A stretch of DNA of 64,000 bases from an uncultured Planctomycetia bacterium (GTDB lineage Bacteria > Omnitrophota > Gorgyraeia > 1-14-0-20-64-10). The translations under genes and the position numbers were made by a program. Where the stretch lies: the NCBI GenBank assembly GCA_964597545.1, contig CAZQXN010000001.1:69655-133654 (forward strand), read 5' to 3'. Below, piece after piece: positions 45,894-57,198 of the stretch (the first letter of the stretch is position 1; each line of letters opens with the position of its first letter). Below the pieces are notes generated by a model that worked only from the letters and a program-made list of their open reading frames with translations, made no database searches and was not told the DNA's origin.

Positions 45894-47022
45894 ATCCCGA
45901 CAGCGCCACATCCTCCTGCTGGGAAACGACCCGGGCGACCAACAATGGAGCATGCTGCATTACGGAGAACAGCTCCTCCGGCACCTCGCCCAGCTCTGCC
46001 CGCCTCAGTGGAAAATCTCTCTGTGCGCTCCCCAAACGCAACAGATGGCATTCAGGCGCTGGTGGAGAGGCCCATCTGCTGGAATGTACTGGTCCCGATA
46101 CGTGCGGTATCCTCGACTGCTCAAGGGGGTGCGGTCGCATCTGTATCACATCTTGGATCATGGAAACGGATGGCTCATTCGGTACCTGGACCCCTCTCGA
46201 ACAGTCATCACCTGTCACGACCTCATCCCGCTGCTCTTCGGCAGACAGAGGCGTTCTCTCTTTGGGCCTCTGACCAAAGCGGCATTTCAACATGCCGTCA
46301 CAGGGCTGACCAAAGCAAAGGCCCTGCTGGTCAACTCAAGCCAAACCAGAAAGGATCTTGTCTGCCGCCTTCAGCTGGACCCGCGGCGCATCCACATTAC
46401 TCCCTTGGGGGTCGAGCCAGAGTTCCGACCGCTCCCTTCGGGTGAAAACCCCACGGGGTTGCGAAAAAAGTTCGATTTGCCTGAAGGAGTCCTCTTGCTG
46501 CATGTCGGACACACTGCCTTCTACAAGAACGTGGAGGGGCTGCTGCACTGCCTTAAGATTCTCAGGGCCCGGGAGCAACCGGTGTGGCTGATCAGGGTTG
46601 GGGAGGGACTTCAGCTCCATCAGCGGACTTTGGCGAAGCGCTTCGGTATCGCCGACCGGGTCGTTGAGCTGGGCTCGGTATCTCGAGGGCAGCTGCAAGA
46701 GCTGTATCGAGCCGCCGATCTGTTGGTCTTTCCCTCGTGGTACGAGGGGCAAGGCCTGCCTCCGCTTGAAGCGATGGCATCTGGGCTGCCTGTCGTCGCC
46801 TCCAACCGGGGCGCCTTACCGCAGACCCTAGGGCAAGCCGGCATCCTGGTGGAGCCAAACGCGCCTGCGCAAATGGCCGATGCGGTGGGGCGCATCCTTG
46901 GAGACAGAGCGTTGCGAACTCAGCTGTGTGCGCGCGGCTTGAAGCGTGCTGCCGACTTTCGCTGGGAAACCACGGCCCAAGAAACTCTACGGGTGTACCG
47001 GTCGCTGCTCGAAAACCTATGA
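45883..47022 (+). CDS. Glycosyltransferase family 4
   Basis: TCHDLIP, YKN, FPSWYEGQGLPPLEAMA; start uncertain (45847 or 45883). Confidence 0.9.
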   Translation: MPAESRQRHILLLGNDPGDQQWSMLHYGEQLLRHLAQLCPPQWKISLCAPQTQQMAFRRWWRGPSAGMYWSRYVRYPRLLKGVRSHLYHILDHGNGWLIRYLDPSRTVITCHDLIPLLFGRQRRSLFGPLTKAAFQHAVTGLTKAKALLVNSSQTRKDLVCRLQLDPRRIHITPLGVEPEFRPLPSGENPTGLRKKFDLPEGVLLLHVGHTAFYKNVEGLLHCLKILRAREQPVWLIRVGEGLQLHQRTLAKRFGIADRVVELGSVSRGQLQELYRAADLLVFPSWYEGQGLPPLEAMASGLPVVASNRGALPQTLGQAGILVEPNAPAQMADAVGRILGDRALRTQLCARGLKRAADFRWETTAQETLRVYRSLLENL

Positions 47023-47047
47023 TATACTCTCCGTCGGGAGGAAACGA

Positions 47048-48079
47048 ATGATCTGGAGGGGCCGAAAGATTTTGATTACCGGTGGAGCTTCTTTTATCGG
47101 CTCTCACTTGACCGATGCGCTCGTTGAGCAGGGTGCTTCGGTTCGAATCGTCGACGATCTCTCAAGCGGAAAACGAGAGAATCTCGAGAGGCATCTGAAA
47201 ACCGGCGCCATAGAATTCATCCAGGATGACCTGCGGAATCAAGAGGTCGCCCAGCGTGCGGTTGGCGGGATGCAAGTCGTATTCCACCTGGCAGCCGCTC
47301 ATGGCGGACGCGGCTATGTCGATCTGCACCAAGCTGCCTGTGCAGAAAACCTCACGCTGGATGGCTTAGTCTTTCAGGCCTGCCAGAAGACCGGCGTGGA
47401 GAAGATTGTTTATGCCTCGAGCGGGTGCGCCTACCCCAACCACCTTCAAGCAGACCCCAACCAAATCCTCTACCTCACCGAGGCAATGGTGGGACCGCCC
47501 TATGATGCGGATAACCTATACGGCTGGGCGAAACTGATGGGGGAACTTACCCTAAAGGCGCTCTATAAAGAGCGCGGCTTGAAATCGGCCTCCTGCCGGT
47601 ACTTCACAGTCTACGGGCCGAGGGGCCATGAGAATCACGCCGTGATTGCCATGATCGCCCGGGCTTTCATCAAACAAGATCCCTTTGAGGTCTGGGGTGA
47701 TGGGACGCAGTTGAGGAATTGGACGTGGATAGGAGACATCGTCGAGGGCACCATGCTGGCGGCCGAGAAAATCGACGATGGGGCGGCCATCAACCTCGGC
47801 ACCATGGAGCGGATTCGGGTGAACGATGCGGTCAAGATGGTCATGGATTACACGGGCCACAAACCCAAAATTCGTTTTCGACCCGACATGCCAACGGGTC
47901 CGCGCAACCGCGTAGCAGACAATGCCCTGGCCAAACAACTCCTGAGCTGGGAGCCCAAGGTTCCATTTCGGGAGGGGCTTCGCCGCACCATTGACTGGTA
48001 CTTCTCAACCAAAGATCCCAAGCGCATTCAACGGCTGGCGTTCGAGCAGCTGTTGACCGAGCGGGGCATCCACTCTTGA
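47048..48079 (+). CDS. NAD-dependent epimerase/dehydratase
   Basis: ITGGASFIG, HLAA, YGWAK (YxxxK), VYGP, WGDG. Confidence 0.92.
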   Translation: MIWRGRKILITGGASFIGSHLTDALVEQGASVRIVDDLSSGKRENLERHLKTGAIEFIQDDLRNQEVAQRAVGGMQVVFHLAAAHGGRGYVDLHQAACAENLTLDGLVFQACQKTGVEKIVYASSGCAYPNHLQADPNQILYLTEAMVGPPYDADNLYGWAKLMGELTLKALYKERGLKSASCRYFTVYGPRGHENHAVIAMIARAFIKQDPFEVWGDGTQLRNWTWIGDIVEGTMLAAEKIDDGAAINLGTMERIRVNDAVKMVMDYTGHKPKIRFRPDMPTGPRNRVADNALAKQLLSWEPKVPFREGLRRTIDWYFSTKDPKRIQRLAFEQLLTERGIHS

Positions 48080-50310
48080 GCGCTCCATCCTCAAAAAAGA
48101 CCAATCCAAAGGTTGCGCTTATCACGGGAATCACCGGCCAGGACGGCTCTTACCTTGCGGAGCTTCTCCTTTCCAAGGGCTACATTGTCCATGGCCTCAT
48201 CCGGCGAGCCAGCACGTTCAATACCCAACGGCTGGAACACCTTTACCAAGACCCGCACGACGCCAAGGCCCATCTGCTTCTTCACTACGGGGATCTTTCC
48301 GATGCCAGCCGGCTTACGAATCTCCTCTATGAGATTCGCCCTGACGAAATCTATCACTTGGGCGCCCAAAGCCACGTTCGAGTCAGCTTCGATTCCCCGG
48401 ATGACACGGGCGAGATTAACGCCTTAGGAACCGTTCGGCTTCTTGAAGCCATCCGCCGAGGGCTTCCTCGCTGCCGAATCTACCAAGCCTCCTGCTATGA
48501 CGACCAAACACGGGTCCTTACAACGGAAGGTCTTAAGACGTATAAGGAGATCGGAATCGGCGATCTGGTACTTACAGTCGACACCACCACAAATCGGTTG
48601 GAAGCCAAGCCCGTAAAGCGCGTAATAGTCTCCCCTTACCGAGGAGACATGATGCGGCTCAAGAGCCGCCGGTTCGACCTCTTGGTGACTCCCAATCATC
48701 AACTCCTTCTGCACGGCACAGCAGGACTCTTTTATTCGACCGCAGGTGATTTACAGATGCCAGATCAAGAGCAGTTTTACTCCGGTCACAGCTCGGTCAA
48801 ATTTCCTAATCCCCTTTGGCAAAAGGAGCGGAAACCCTCCATTCAACTAAGCCAAGTGGCCCCGTGCGAACTCCCCTGTAACGCAACGAAGAACCTGGTT
48901 GATGAAATTGAGACGAACGATTTGTTCTGGCTCGTTGGTCTCTATGTGGGAGATGGTTACTGCTCGCCGGACAAGCGCGCCCTGAGGAGTGGGTCGAAGG
49001 ATCAATTTATCGCGTTCCGTGGCCAGCAGGGCCGCTTCGTAGCCCAGCCTAAAACGGAGGCAGTCACTTACCCCAGTCACAACATCTACTTCGCGATCCC
49101 CTCGTCCGACAAGTCGCGCGGCCGGTTAGTCCTATGGCTTGAAAAATATGGCATCGAGTATCGTGCCAGCCGGGAATGGATCCGATATTCGTCGTACCCG
49201 TTGGCACACTTTCTGCGGAGCTGCGGGACAACCGCCAAAGAAAAGCACATCCCCCCATGGATGCTGACTTATGACCGTGAGCATCTCCGTGCATTATTTG
49301 ACGGCCTGATCGGATCTGACGGCCATATGCGGCGCAACCAGAAAACCTACACGTATACCACAACCTCCGATACGCTGTTGAATCAGGTGGTGGAACTATC
49401 GGTCAAGCTCGGATTCCGGTGCTCGACGTCCAAAAAACTGGGCAGGGACGTCCTTTACGTCAAGGAACAGCGAATCATCCGCGCGTCGCAAGCGTACGTT
49501 GCGCACATCTCCAACAATCATCGAAAGCGGCCAATTACTTTGTACCCATCACAGGTCCGACGCACCCCTTATGCGGGAACGGTATGGTGCTTGGAGATCG
49601 CTGACAACCACAATTTTCTCGTGGAGCGCAACGGCCGATATGCATTCTGCGGGAACAGTTCCGAGATGTTCGGCGCAGCCCCCGCACCCCAAAACGAGAA
49701 GACGCCTTTCTGTCCCTGCAGCCCGTACGCCACCTCCAAGGTCTATGCCTATTGGATGGCCCGGAACTACAGGCAAGCCTATCGGCTCTTCGCCTGCAAC
49801 GGCATCATGTTCAACCACGAGTCTCCTCGGCGCGGGGCAACCTTCGTCTCCCGGAAGATTACGCGTGCCGTTGCGGCCATCGCGGCCGGCAAACAAAAGA
49901 AACTTTTCCTCGGCAATCTCAAATCCCGCCGCGACTGGGGATACGCGCCGGAGTACGTTCAAGCCATGTGGCTGCTGCTCCAGCAAAGGACCCCTCAGGA
50001 TCTGGTCTTTGGAACCGGAGAGGCTCACTCTGTACAGGAGTTTGTTGAAACCGCCTTTGGCTACGCAAATCTCGATTGGAAGAAATACGTCAAGACCGAT
50101 CTCCGTTATCTGCGCCCCACCGATGTCTCTCTGCTCAGAGCAAATGCTTCCCTGGCCAAGCGGCGGCTGGGATGGACGCCTCAGATCCGTTTTAAAGCTT
50201 TGGTCCGGCTGATGGTGGATGCCGACATGGAAGCCATCGGCTTAACACCTCCTGCCAGTAGCCGCTCACAACAAGGATACAAACGGCTCAAATGGCTCCG
50301 GCGGCCGTAA
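48076..50310 (+). CDS. gmd: GDP-mannose 4,6-dehydratase, intein-containing
   Basis: [29 protein letters not shown]|[21 protein letters not shown]; 388-aa insertion. Confidence 0.95.
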   Translation: MSAPSSKKTNPKVALITGITGQDGSYLAELLLSKGYIVHGLIRRASTFNTQRLEHLYQDPHDAKAHLLLHYGDLSDASRLTNLLYEIRPDEIYHLGAQSHVRVSFDSPDDTGEINALGTVRLLEAIRRGLPRCRIYQASCYDDQTRVLTTEGLKTYKEIGIGDLVLTVDTTTNRLEAKPVKRVIVSPYRGDMMRLKSRRFDLLVTPNHQLLLHGTAGLFYSTAGDLQMPDQEQFYSGHSSVKFPNPLWQKERKPSIQLSQVAPCELPCNATKNLVDEIETNDLFWLVGLYVGDGYCSPDKRALRSGSKDQFIAFRGQQGRFVAQPKTEAVTYPSHNIYFAIPSSDKSRGRLVLWLEKYGIEYRASREWIRYSSYPLAHFLRSCGTTAKEKHIPPWMLTYDREHLRALFDGLIGSDGHMRRNQKTYTYTTTSDTLLNQVVELSVKLGFRCSTSKKLGRDVLYVKEQRIIRASQAYVAHISNNHRKRPITLYPSQVRRTPYAGTVWCLEIADNHNFLVERNGRYAFCGNSSEMFGAAPAPQNEKTPFCPCSPYATSKVYAYWMARNYRQAYRLFACNGIMFNHESPRRGATFVSRKITRAVAAIAAGKQKKLFLGNLKSRRDWGYAPEYVQAMWLLLQQRTPQDLVFGTGEAHSVQEFVETAFGYANLDWKKYVKTDLRYLRPTDVSLLRANASLAKRRLGWTPQIRFKALVRLMVDADMEAIGLTPPASSRSQQGYKRLKWLRRP
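48493..49656 (+). mobile_element. Intein with LAGLIDADG homing endonuclease
   Basis: Starts CYDDQTRV, block B VTPNH, LAGLIDADG motifs LVGLYVGDG and FDGLIGSDG, ends [12 protein letters not shown]...CGN followed by Ser. Confidence 0.93.
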
Positions 50311-51245
50311 CCGCTCTGCACAATCAACGCATTCTGGTCACCGGTGGAGCAGGCTTTCTGGGCCAACATCTGGTGCAAGCCCTTCGGAATCGAGGGTGCC
50401 AAGAGGCCTTTATCCCCAGGAAAAAGGATTATGACCTCACGCAGCAGGATGCGGTCCGTCGCCTCTATCGAGACAGTCGGCCTACCTTGGTTTTCCATCT
50501 GGCTGCTGTCGTGGGTGGAATCCTTGCCAACCAGGCCAATCCAGGTCGATTTCTCTACGAAAACCTCATCATGGGCCTGCAGTTGATGGAGGGCGCTAGG
50601 CAATCGGGCGTTCAGAAATTCGTGACGGCTGGAACCATCTGTTCCTACCCGAAACACACCCCCACCCCGTTCCAAGAGAAGGACCTCTGGAGCGGGTACC
50701 CCGAAGAGACCAATGCCCCTTATGGCCTTGCCAAGAAGACGCTGCTCGTTCAGGGCCAAGCCTATCGCCAGCAGTACGGGTTTAATTCCATCCATCTGAT
50801 GCCGGTCAACCTGTATGGCCCCGGAGATCACTTCGACCTGCAGACTTCCCACGTCATCCCCGCGCTGATCCGCAAATGCTTGGAGGCCATTCGGGACAAG
50901 AAGCCGGAAATCATCTGCTGGGGAGACGGTTCGCCGACCCGGGAATTCCTCTATGTGGCAGATTGCGCGGAGGGCCTCACGCTGGCTGCGGAACGATACG
51001 AGGGCGGTGAGCCGATTAATCTTGGTTCCGGATCAGAGATCTCAATTAAGGATCTGGTGCACTTGATCGCCGAACTGACCGGATACAATGGCCGAATCAT
51101 CTGGGACACCTCCAAGCCGAACGGGCAACCGAGGCGCTGTCTAGACACTCGTCTTGCCCAAGAACGCTTTGGCTTCCAGGCAAAAACGCCCCTTCGCGAA
51201 GGTCTTGAGCAAACCATCCGATGGTATCGAGAGCATCCGGCCTAA
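50292..51245 (+). CDS. fcl: GDP-L-fucose synthase
   Basis: [52 protein letters not shown]; follows gmd. Confidence 0.93.
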   Translation: MAPAAVTALHNQRILVTGGAGFLGQHLVQALRNRGCQEAFIPRKKDYDLTQQDAVRRLYRDSRPTLVFHLAAVVGGILANQANPGRFLYENLIMGLQLMEGARQSGVQKFVTAGTICSYPKHTPTPFQEKDLWSGYPEETNAPYGLAKKTLLVQGQAYRQQYGFNSIHLMPVNLYGPGDHFDLQTSHVIPALIRKCLEAIRDKKPEIICWGDGSPTREFLYVADCAEGLTLAAERYEGGEPINLGSGSEISIKDLVHLIAELTGYNGRIIWDTSKPNGQPRRCLDTRLAQERFGFQAKTPLREGLEQTIRWYREHPA

Positions 51246-51334
51246 CCCCTTTGAGCCGCAAAGCCCTGCATAACGCTCTCCTTAAGATGTCAAGTAGCGC
51301 ACGCAGACTGCTTCCGATACCTCAGGAGGATTGA

Positions 51335-52405
51335 ATGGTTAGGGTAAAACACAAGGCGATATTAATCCTTACGGCCATTGTGGCTGGCGTTGCCCTCTTA
51401 GAAGCATCCTGCAGGTTTTATCAGTATGTGGTTCGGAATCGAGTCTTAGAGGATGCCATCTTCCATCCCTGTTACAGGCATTATTATTTCTTCGGGCCTA
51501 ATTTTAAGCCGAATTCTGGAGGCGCTTGGCAGGCAATTCCGAATCTGAAAATCAACAGCTTGGGATTCAGGGGTGGCGAGTTTACCATCGAGAAGCAGCC
51601 GGGCATTTATCGGATCATCTGTCTTGGCGGGAGCACAAGTCATGCGGGCAATTATCCAGAGAAGTTAAGCGCACTGCTCAAGATGCGCGAGGAATCTTTG
51701 GGTAAGAAGGTGGAGGTCATTAATGCAGCCGTTCCTGCCTGGAATACTACTCAAAGCCTCATACAGTTTGTTACGAGGGCAATCTATCTGCAGCCCGACC
51801 TGATCATCATTTACCATGCCACCAACGACCACTACATGGAGGACAATTATTGGCTTCATCGCTTACCGGAAGTCGATTACAAGGAATATGGCGGTTTTTT
51901 GAGAAATCACTCTTTGCTGTACTGCTTTGCGTTGAACCGGATTAGAAATTTGTCCAATTGGGTAAAGAGCAAGCGCTGGAAAAGCACCTTAAGGGGCGCG
52001 AGCGCAGCTGCCTCCGACGGAGCGGATCGCAGCGATTCTACGCAGGTCTATGCCATGAATCTAGAGAACTTTGCTGCGCTTGCGAAATACCGCGGCATCG
52101 GCGCAGTGTTCGTCACCATGCCCGTGGCTTACGATGAGGGGCTTGGCCGCACAGAGAACGCCGTGCAGGCTGGTTATATGTATCGCGATTTCAAGCGGCA
52201 TGCCAGAAGAATAGGGCAGCATAACGACGTGATGCGGCAGTTGGCTCAGAAGCTTCCGATTACGTTGGTTGATGTCGCGAGGTCAGGATTCAGCGGAGAG
52301 GCCGAATATTTTGTTGACCTCGTTCATTTCTCAGAAGAGGGAGCGCACCTCTTCGCAAAGCGCATCGCAAGCGCAATATATCCCCTTATAAAAGAGGGCA
52401 ATTAA
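51335..52405 (+). CDS. SGNH/GDSL hydrolase family protein
   Basis: N-terminal TM; INSLGFRG, LGGSTS, INAA, ND, DLVH. Confidence 0.82.
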   Translation: MVRVKHKAILILTAIVAGVALLEASCRFYQYVVRNRVLEDAIFHPCYRHYYFFGPNFKPNSGGAWQAIPNLKINSLGFRGGEFTIEKQPGIYRIICLGGSTSHAGNYPEKLSALLKMREESLGKKVEVINAAVPAWNTTQSLIQFVTRAIYLQPDLIIIYHATNDHYMEDNYWLHRLPEVDYKEYGGFLRNHSLLYCFALNRIRNLSNWVKSKRWKSTLRGASAAASDGADRSDSTQVYAMNLENFAALAKYRGIGAVFVTMPVAYDEGLGRTENAVQAGYMYRDFKRHARRIGQHNDVMRQLAQKLPITLVDVARSGFSGEAEYFVDLVHFSEEGAHLFAKRIASAIYPLIKEGN

Positions 52406-52424
52406 AGGGCCTAAAGCGCATCCG

Positions 52425-53723
52425 ATGGCACCAAAAACACCAGAATCAGCCTCCTTGAGCTCTCGACCGTTGCACATCGCTTTCTTTAACCGGGCTTTTT
52501 ACCCGGAAATGAGCGCCACCGGACAACTGCTTGCTGAGTTAACCGAGGGGTTAGCGAGAGATCACGGTTGTCAGGTCACGGTCGTCACAGGCATCCCAAT
52601 GGGAGGTGTCTCCGGTGCCTGGTCTCGACCGAAGAGGTGGCGCTTCATCACTCAGGAGCAGCTCGGTTCCGTCCGCATCTTGAGAGCCAATGGAACCACT
52701 TTTTCTAAACGGACCTTTCTGGGTCGGGCCGTCAACTATCTGACTTACTTTTTGTCTTCCTGTCTGGCGGGATTTCATCTGAAGCACCCGGATGTCATCG
52801 TCGCCTTGACGGATCCCCCCATCATCGGTCTGTCTGCGCTTCTGGCGGCTCGAAGGTTCCGTTGTCCCATGGTAAATTCCTACCGGGACATCTTCCCTGA
52901 AGTAGGCCGGCTGCTGGAAGACTTCAAAAGCCCCTTCGTAGACTGGGTGCTTCAACAAACCAACCGCATCATCATCCGGCAAGCAACGCGCCTCGTGGTG
53001 CTGGGCGAGGCCATGCGCGACCGTCTCATCCAAGAAAAGGGGGCCCGGGCAGAACAGATCGCTATCATCCCGGATTGGGCAGATGGCAAGAGCATCGTTC
53101 CCAGCGCAAGGCAGAACCGCTTTTCTGCAGCACATGAGTTGGATAACCGTTTTGTGGTGATGCACTGCGGCAATATGGGCGCATCCCAAAATCTTGATGT
53201 TGTGCTGGAAGCAATCGCTCTATTGCGCAACTTGCCGGAGTTGATGTTGGTCTTTGTGGGGGATGGCATCAAGAAGGCATCCCTGGAGCAGCGTGCACTC
53301 CGGATGCAGCTGACAAACGTGCGTTTTCTTCCCTATCAACCCAAAGAGGAGCTCTCAGACACCTTTGCCGCCGCTGACTGCTTCGTGATCTCCCTCAAGC
53401 CCGGGTTGGCCGGATACATCACCCCCAGCAAGCTGTACGGAATTCTTGCTTCGGGACGGCCTTACGTCGCAGTGGTGGATGAGGAGTGTGACGTGGCTCG
53501 GATCACGAAGCGGTACCGGTGTGGCCTTCTGGCACAACCTGGAAATGCTCAAGATCTGGCTGAAAAGATTCGAACCCTCTATCGGAATCGAGTCCTCGCC
53601 CAACAGCTGGGGGTCAGTGCTCGCCAGGCGTTCAGCGCCTTTGATCGCCCGGTGGGCGTGAAGGCATACTACAATCTCTTCCGAACCCTGGCGACCCAAA
53701 AAACAGCGCCGGATTCAGCCTAG
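52425..53723 (+). CDS. Glycosyltransferase family 4 (WbuB-like)
   Basis: FYPE..ATGQ, TDPP, DIFPE, GNMG..Q, PSKLYGILASGRP. Confidence 0.92.
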   Translation: MAPKTPESASLSSRPLHIAFFNRAFYPEMSATGQLLAELTEGLARDHGCQVTVVTGIPMGGVSGAWSRPKRWRFITQEQLGSVRILRANGTTFSKRTFLGRAVNYLTYFLSSCLAGFHLKHPDVIVALTDPPIIGLSALLAARRFRCPMVNSYRDIFPEVGRLLEDFKSPFVDWVLQQTNRIIIRQATRLVVLGEAMRDRLIQEKGARAEQIAIIPDWADGKSIVPSARQNRFSAAHELDNRFVVMHCGNMGASQNLDVVLEAIALLRNLPELMLVFVGDGIKKASLEQRALRMQLTNVRFLPYQPKEELSDTFAAADCFVISLKPGLAGYITPSKLYGILASGRPYVAVVDEECDVARITKRYRCGLLAQPGNAQDLAEKIRTLYRNRVLAQQLGVSARQAFSAFDRPVGVKAYYNLFRTLATQKTAPDSA

Positions 53724-54943
53724 CCCGCTGGGGAAGCGTCCTTTAAACGGCTCAAGCAAACCGATTCAAAATCTTCAGCTGCCTCCGCCCAGCTGCGGGG
53801 GCGATGCTTTTCTGGAATCCGGCGTGCCATATCGGCAAGCTCCTTCCGATGCTGAGCACACCAAAGGAGCCGTTGGACGAATGCTTCCGGGGTTCGGATC
53901 GGAAGAATCCAGCCGTTCTTGCCTTCCTGAACCAAGTCCGGTCCAGCGCAATTGGATGTAGCCAAAACCGGTAAGGCGCTTGCCAGTGCCTGGGCCAAAA
54001 CCAAACCGTATCCATCTTGAAGCGTAGGGAACAAAAACAGGTCCGCCCGGGCATACCACTGCGGAAGTCTCCCCTGAGGCTGGCTGGGAACAAGGTCGGT
54101 AAATCGCTGTACTGCTTTTAAAAACCTTACAGCGTCTGGTGAAGGCGCGCCGACCCATGTGAATTGGAAGCGTTCTGAGCTCAAGCGGCGATAAATCTGC
54201 ATGGCATCCCACAACCCCTTTTGGAAGGAGAGCGATCCTGTCGTGAGAACATGCAACGGCTTTCCCGAAAGGATTCTCCGGCACCGCGCCTCCACAGTTT
54301 CGGGGGCTGCGCAAAAAGCTTCCAAATCGGCCCCCAGGGGGATAACGGCCAGCTTGTGACGCGGAACACCTTCCTCCACAAAGGTATCGTACGCAAACCG
54401 CGAAAGAACGCAGATCTGGTCTGCTAAGGCATACTCTCTCTCCTCTCGCTCAATGATCCAGTTGCTGGGGCAGTCGACTTTGCTTCCAGTCCGCTGCTCT
54501 TCCTCCCGAAGGATCTTGGACTGCGTTCGGATGTGCGCTGAGCCGCGCATCAGCAATCGCTTGACCCGCTGTCCCTCGAGGGCTCGAAACGTTTCCTCAG
54601 CGACGCCGCTCCAGCAATGCACCACGTCCCAGGACTCCGTCTTAATCTGCGCAGCTGACCAGCGCCCAAACCAGCGACAGAAGAAAGCGGTGGGGAAGGG
54701 GAACATTGCCCATTTGTTGAGAAGGGCAAAAAAGCGTTCAAAAAGAACCTCCACCCAGAAACTGCGTACGTGCCCTGACGAAATGCCAAACCGCCGGACA
54801 GCCCATTTGGGATGGTTGGTAAAAAGCTTCACCTCAACGCCTCGTCGCAAAAGTTCTCGCGTGAGGTCAAACGCATGAAAGCGACCGGGGACAACGATAG
54901 CGATCTTCAGGCGTTTCTGGTTCCGGCCAGACGCACGCATCAT
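53720..54943 (-). CDS. Glycosyltransferase family 4
   Basis: GRFHAFDL, FPTLQDGYGLVLAQALASALPV. Confidence 0.88.
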   Translation of the reverse strand: MMRASGRNQKRLKIAIVVPGRFHAFDLTRELLRRGVEVKLFTNHPKWAVRRFGISSGHVRSFWVEVLFERFFALLNKWAMFPFPTAFFCRWFGRWSAAQIKTESWDVVHCWSGVAEETFRALEGQRVKRLLMRGSAHIRTQSKILREEEQRTGSKVDCPSNWIIEREEREYALADQICVLSRFAYDTFVEEGVPRHKLAVIPLGADLEAFCAAPETVEARCRRILSGKPLHVLTTGSLSFQKGLWDAMQIYRRLSSERFQFTWVGAPSPDAVRFLKAVQRFTDLVPSQPQGRLPQWYARADLFLFPTLQDGYGLVLAQALASALPVLATSNCAGPDLVQEGKNGWILPIRTPEAFVQRLLWCAQHRKELADMARRIPEKHRPRSWAEAAEDFESVCLSRLKDASPAG

Positions 54944-55983
54944 CCCTGCTCCTGAAGCACTTGGCTGAGTACGCTGCGCAGACGATCTTCGTAGCTGTAG
55001 CCCTCCAGGCAGCGCGCACGCCCTGCCTGCGCGATGGCTTCGCGCTGATCGTCGTCTGCCAGGTAGCGTTTGATCTTCTCCATCATTTCATCGGAGGAAC
55101 TGTAAAACTCTGCCTGCACGCCCTCTTGAAAAAGGGCCAGGTGCTCTTCGTTTCGCTCGGCAAGCATAAACGCTCCGCAGGCAGGAATCTCCACAGACCG
55201 CGTTGTCGTTCTATCGAAAAACCAGCGGGAGAGGAAACAGAGATTTATCTTGGCGCCGCAAAGGGCCTTGACGTACTCATCTGCAACCAGGTGACAGCTC
55301 TCTCGAAAAAGGGGATGCCTTCTGCGCCTGGCCCGCCTCCATCCCCCGCCCCAAACCTTGATGCGGTATCCCTGCTTCCACAATTGGAAAAGCGTTTCTT
55401 CCCGGGAGGGCTCCCAGTGCCCGACAAAACCTATGTCACATCCAAACCGTTCGCGCTCCTTGGGAGTCAGCGTTACCGGGCGATGGAGGTCAGGGTCAAA
55501 CCCGTTGCCCATGTGCATCACGCGACGAGCGCCCCGCTGAATCAGCCATTTTATGTTGTGGGTCTTTGTGGTGATGTGGACGTCATACAATGGGATGGCC
55601 TTAAGATAAAGCGGGCTTTGGTTAGCGGGGATCATCATGTTGTCCGGGCTGAAATGAACGGACAGGCGGCATCCTGCGCGACGGATGGCCACCAGTGTCT
55701 GGGGGAGTAGGTGGAGCCCTTTGTCCACCCATAACAACTCCGGCTGAAACCGGCGGGCACTCTCCAATGTTTCATGGTTGATGGCCCGGACGCGGGGTCC
55801 CCAATAGAGATGATTGGTCAGGGCTTGCTGCCATAGCGAAAGACCGCTGATTCGACCCTTGGTCGAAACCGCCTTAACCTCTCGGGAAAAGCGCCGCAGC
55901 GCCCTCAGCCTTGAAAAGCTGGTGCTTCCCTCGTCCAGCTCGCCCACCATAAAAACCCGATGTGGGATCTGTGCTCCCTTCAT
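54940..55983 (-). CDS. CgeB/YkvP-like glycosyltransferase
   Basis: DIGFVGHWE..RE, TTRSVEIPACGAFMLAER; start ATG 55983. Confidence 0.82.
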   Translation of the reverse strand: MKGAQIPHRVFMVGELDEGSTSFSRLRALRRFSREVKAVSTKGRISGLSLWQQALTNHLYWGPRVRAINHETLESARRFQPELLWVDKGLHLLPQTLVAIRRAGCRLSVHFSPDNMMIPANQSPLYLKAIPLYDVHITTKTHNIKWLIQRGARRVMHMGNGFDPDLHRPVTLTPKERERFGCDIGFVGHWEPSREETLFQLWKQGYRIKVWGGGWRRARRRRHPLFRESCHLVADEYVKALCGAKINLCFLSRWFFDRTTTRSVEIPACGAFMLAERNEEHLALFQEGVQAEFYSSSDEMMEKIKRYLADDDQREAIAQAGRARCLEGYSYEDRLRSVLSQVLQEQG

Positions 55984-57167
55984 GCCTTGACGCCCGTTAC
56001 GTCCCGGTACGCCTCTGCGATACCCGCAGCCGCATTCATAACTGAATAACCACTCACTTTCTCTCGACACCTCAGCCGGGTTTCGGAGGGCCTTCTCCAT
56101 GCCAGCACGCGTTGAATTGCAGCCGTCAAGCTTCGAACTGATCCGGCCTGGAAAATCTCCCCTGTAGCGCTGGGCTCTACCAAGTCCGGCGCGCATCCTA
56201 CCGCCTCTGAAACAACGCAGGGCAGCCCATGGCACAGCGCCTCATTGACCACCAACCCCCACGTCTCAGAGTGCAAACTTGGCAATACCAGCAGGTCTGC
56301 TGCATGATAGTAGGGGCTCAGTTGGCTCTGGTTTTGGAACCCGGCAAAATGGGTCTTCACAGTTGGCAGCGCGCCGGCCTGCGCTTCCAATGTCTTGCGA
56401 AGACGTCCCGCTCCGAGAAAGACGGCGCCGGTTTTACGGCGCTCTTCGTGGGGCAACTGCCGGATAGCTCGAAGCAGCATATCAGGCCTCTTGCGCAAAC
56501 ACAGCTTCCCAGAAAAGAGGATGACCGTATCGGCTTCCTCAAACCCCAAGCGCTTGCGCATCTCGGAGCGCAGGCGCACCCGCTCTTCTTCGCTTGAACG
56601 GAAGGGAGCAGCATCAACGCAATAAGGCGAGAAGATAAGTTTTTCTTCCGGACAGCCCAATCGAAGAAAATGCCGATGGGAATGCGTTCCGACATACAGC
56701 AGCCGCGCGCACTGAGCATAGAGCCAGCGCAAGCTCTGATCGCGCATCCACCGTCTCAAAAAGCCGCGCCGCAGAGCATGGTCGGTCGTCTCCGCCCGCA
56801 ACAGAATTGGAATGCCGGTCTTGCGCACCTGAAAGAAAGCGGAACGGTGAAAGCGCGGGCTGTACCCTGTCAGGAGCGCTGCGGCCGGGCGGATCCGGCG
56901 AAGCGCCTCGGACAACCCTCGTGCCGAAACCCCTGCGGCAGACCGAGCCCCTCCCTGGGAGATCCGAGAAAGGAAAATAGGCGTATAGCCCGAGGTCAGA
57001 TTTGTATCCCAGCGCACAGCCGTCCCAAACTCTTTATCCCGGTAGCCGGCAACGCTAAAGTCCGACCCGTAGACCGCAGAGACAGGGATTCGGAAGTGGC
57101 GCTGCAGCGCCGCATAAACCGGGGCATGATACTGGATCGGATGCGTAGAGATAACGGCTAGGGACAT
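55980..57167 (-). CDS. Glycosyltransferase family 4
   Basis: THPIQYHAP, FSGKL..RK, LPSLHSETWGLVVNEAL. Confidence 0.92.
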   Translation of the reverse strand: MSLAVISTHPIQYHAPVYAALQRHFRIPVSAVYGSDFSVAGYRDKEFGTAVRWDTNLTSGYTPIFLSRISQGGARSAAGVSARGLSEALRRIRPAAALLTGYSPRFHRSAFFQVRKTGIPILLRAETTDHALRRGFLRRWMRDQSLRWLYAQCARLLYVGTHSHRHFLRLGCPEEKLIFSPYCVDAAPFRSSEEERVRLRSEMRKRLGFEEADTVILFSGKLCLRKRPDMLLRAIRQLPHEERRKTGAVFLGAGRLRKTLEAQAGALPTVKTHFAGFQNQSQLSPYYHAADLLVLPSLHSETWGLVVNEALCHGLPCVVSEAVGCAPDLVEPSATGEIFQAGSVRSLTAAIQRVLAWRRPSETRLRCREKVSGYSVMNAAAGIAEAYRDVTGVKA

Positions 57168-57198
57168 GGGAACACCGCGGGCTTGCTCAAGATGCGCT

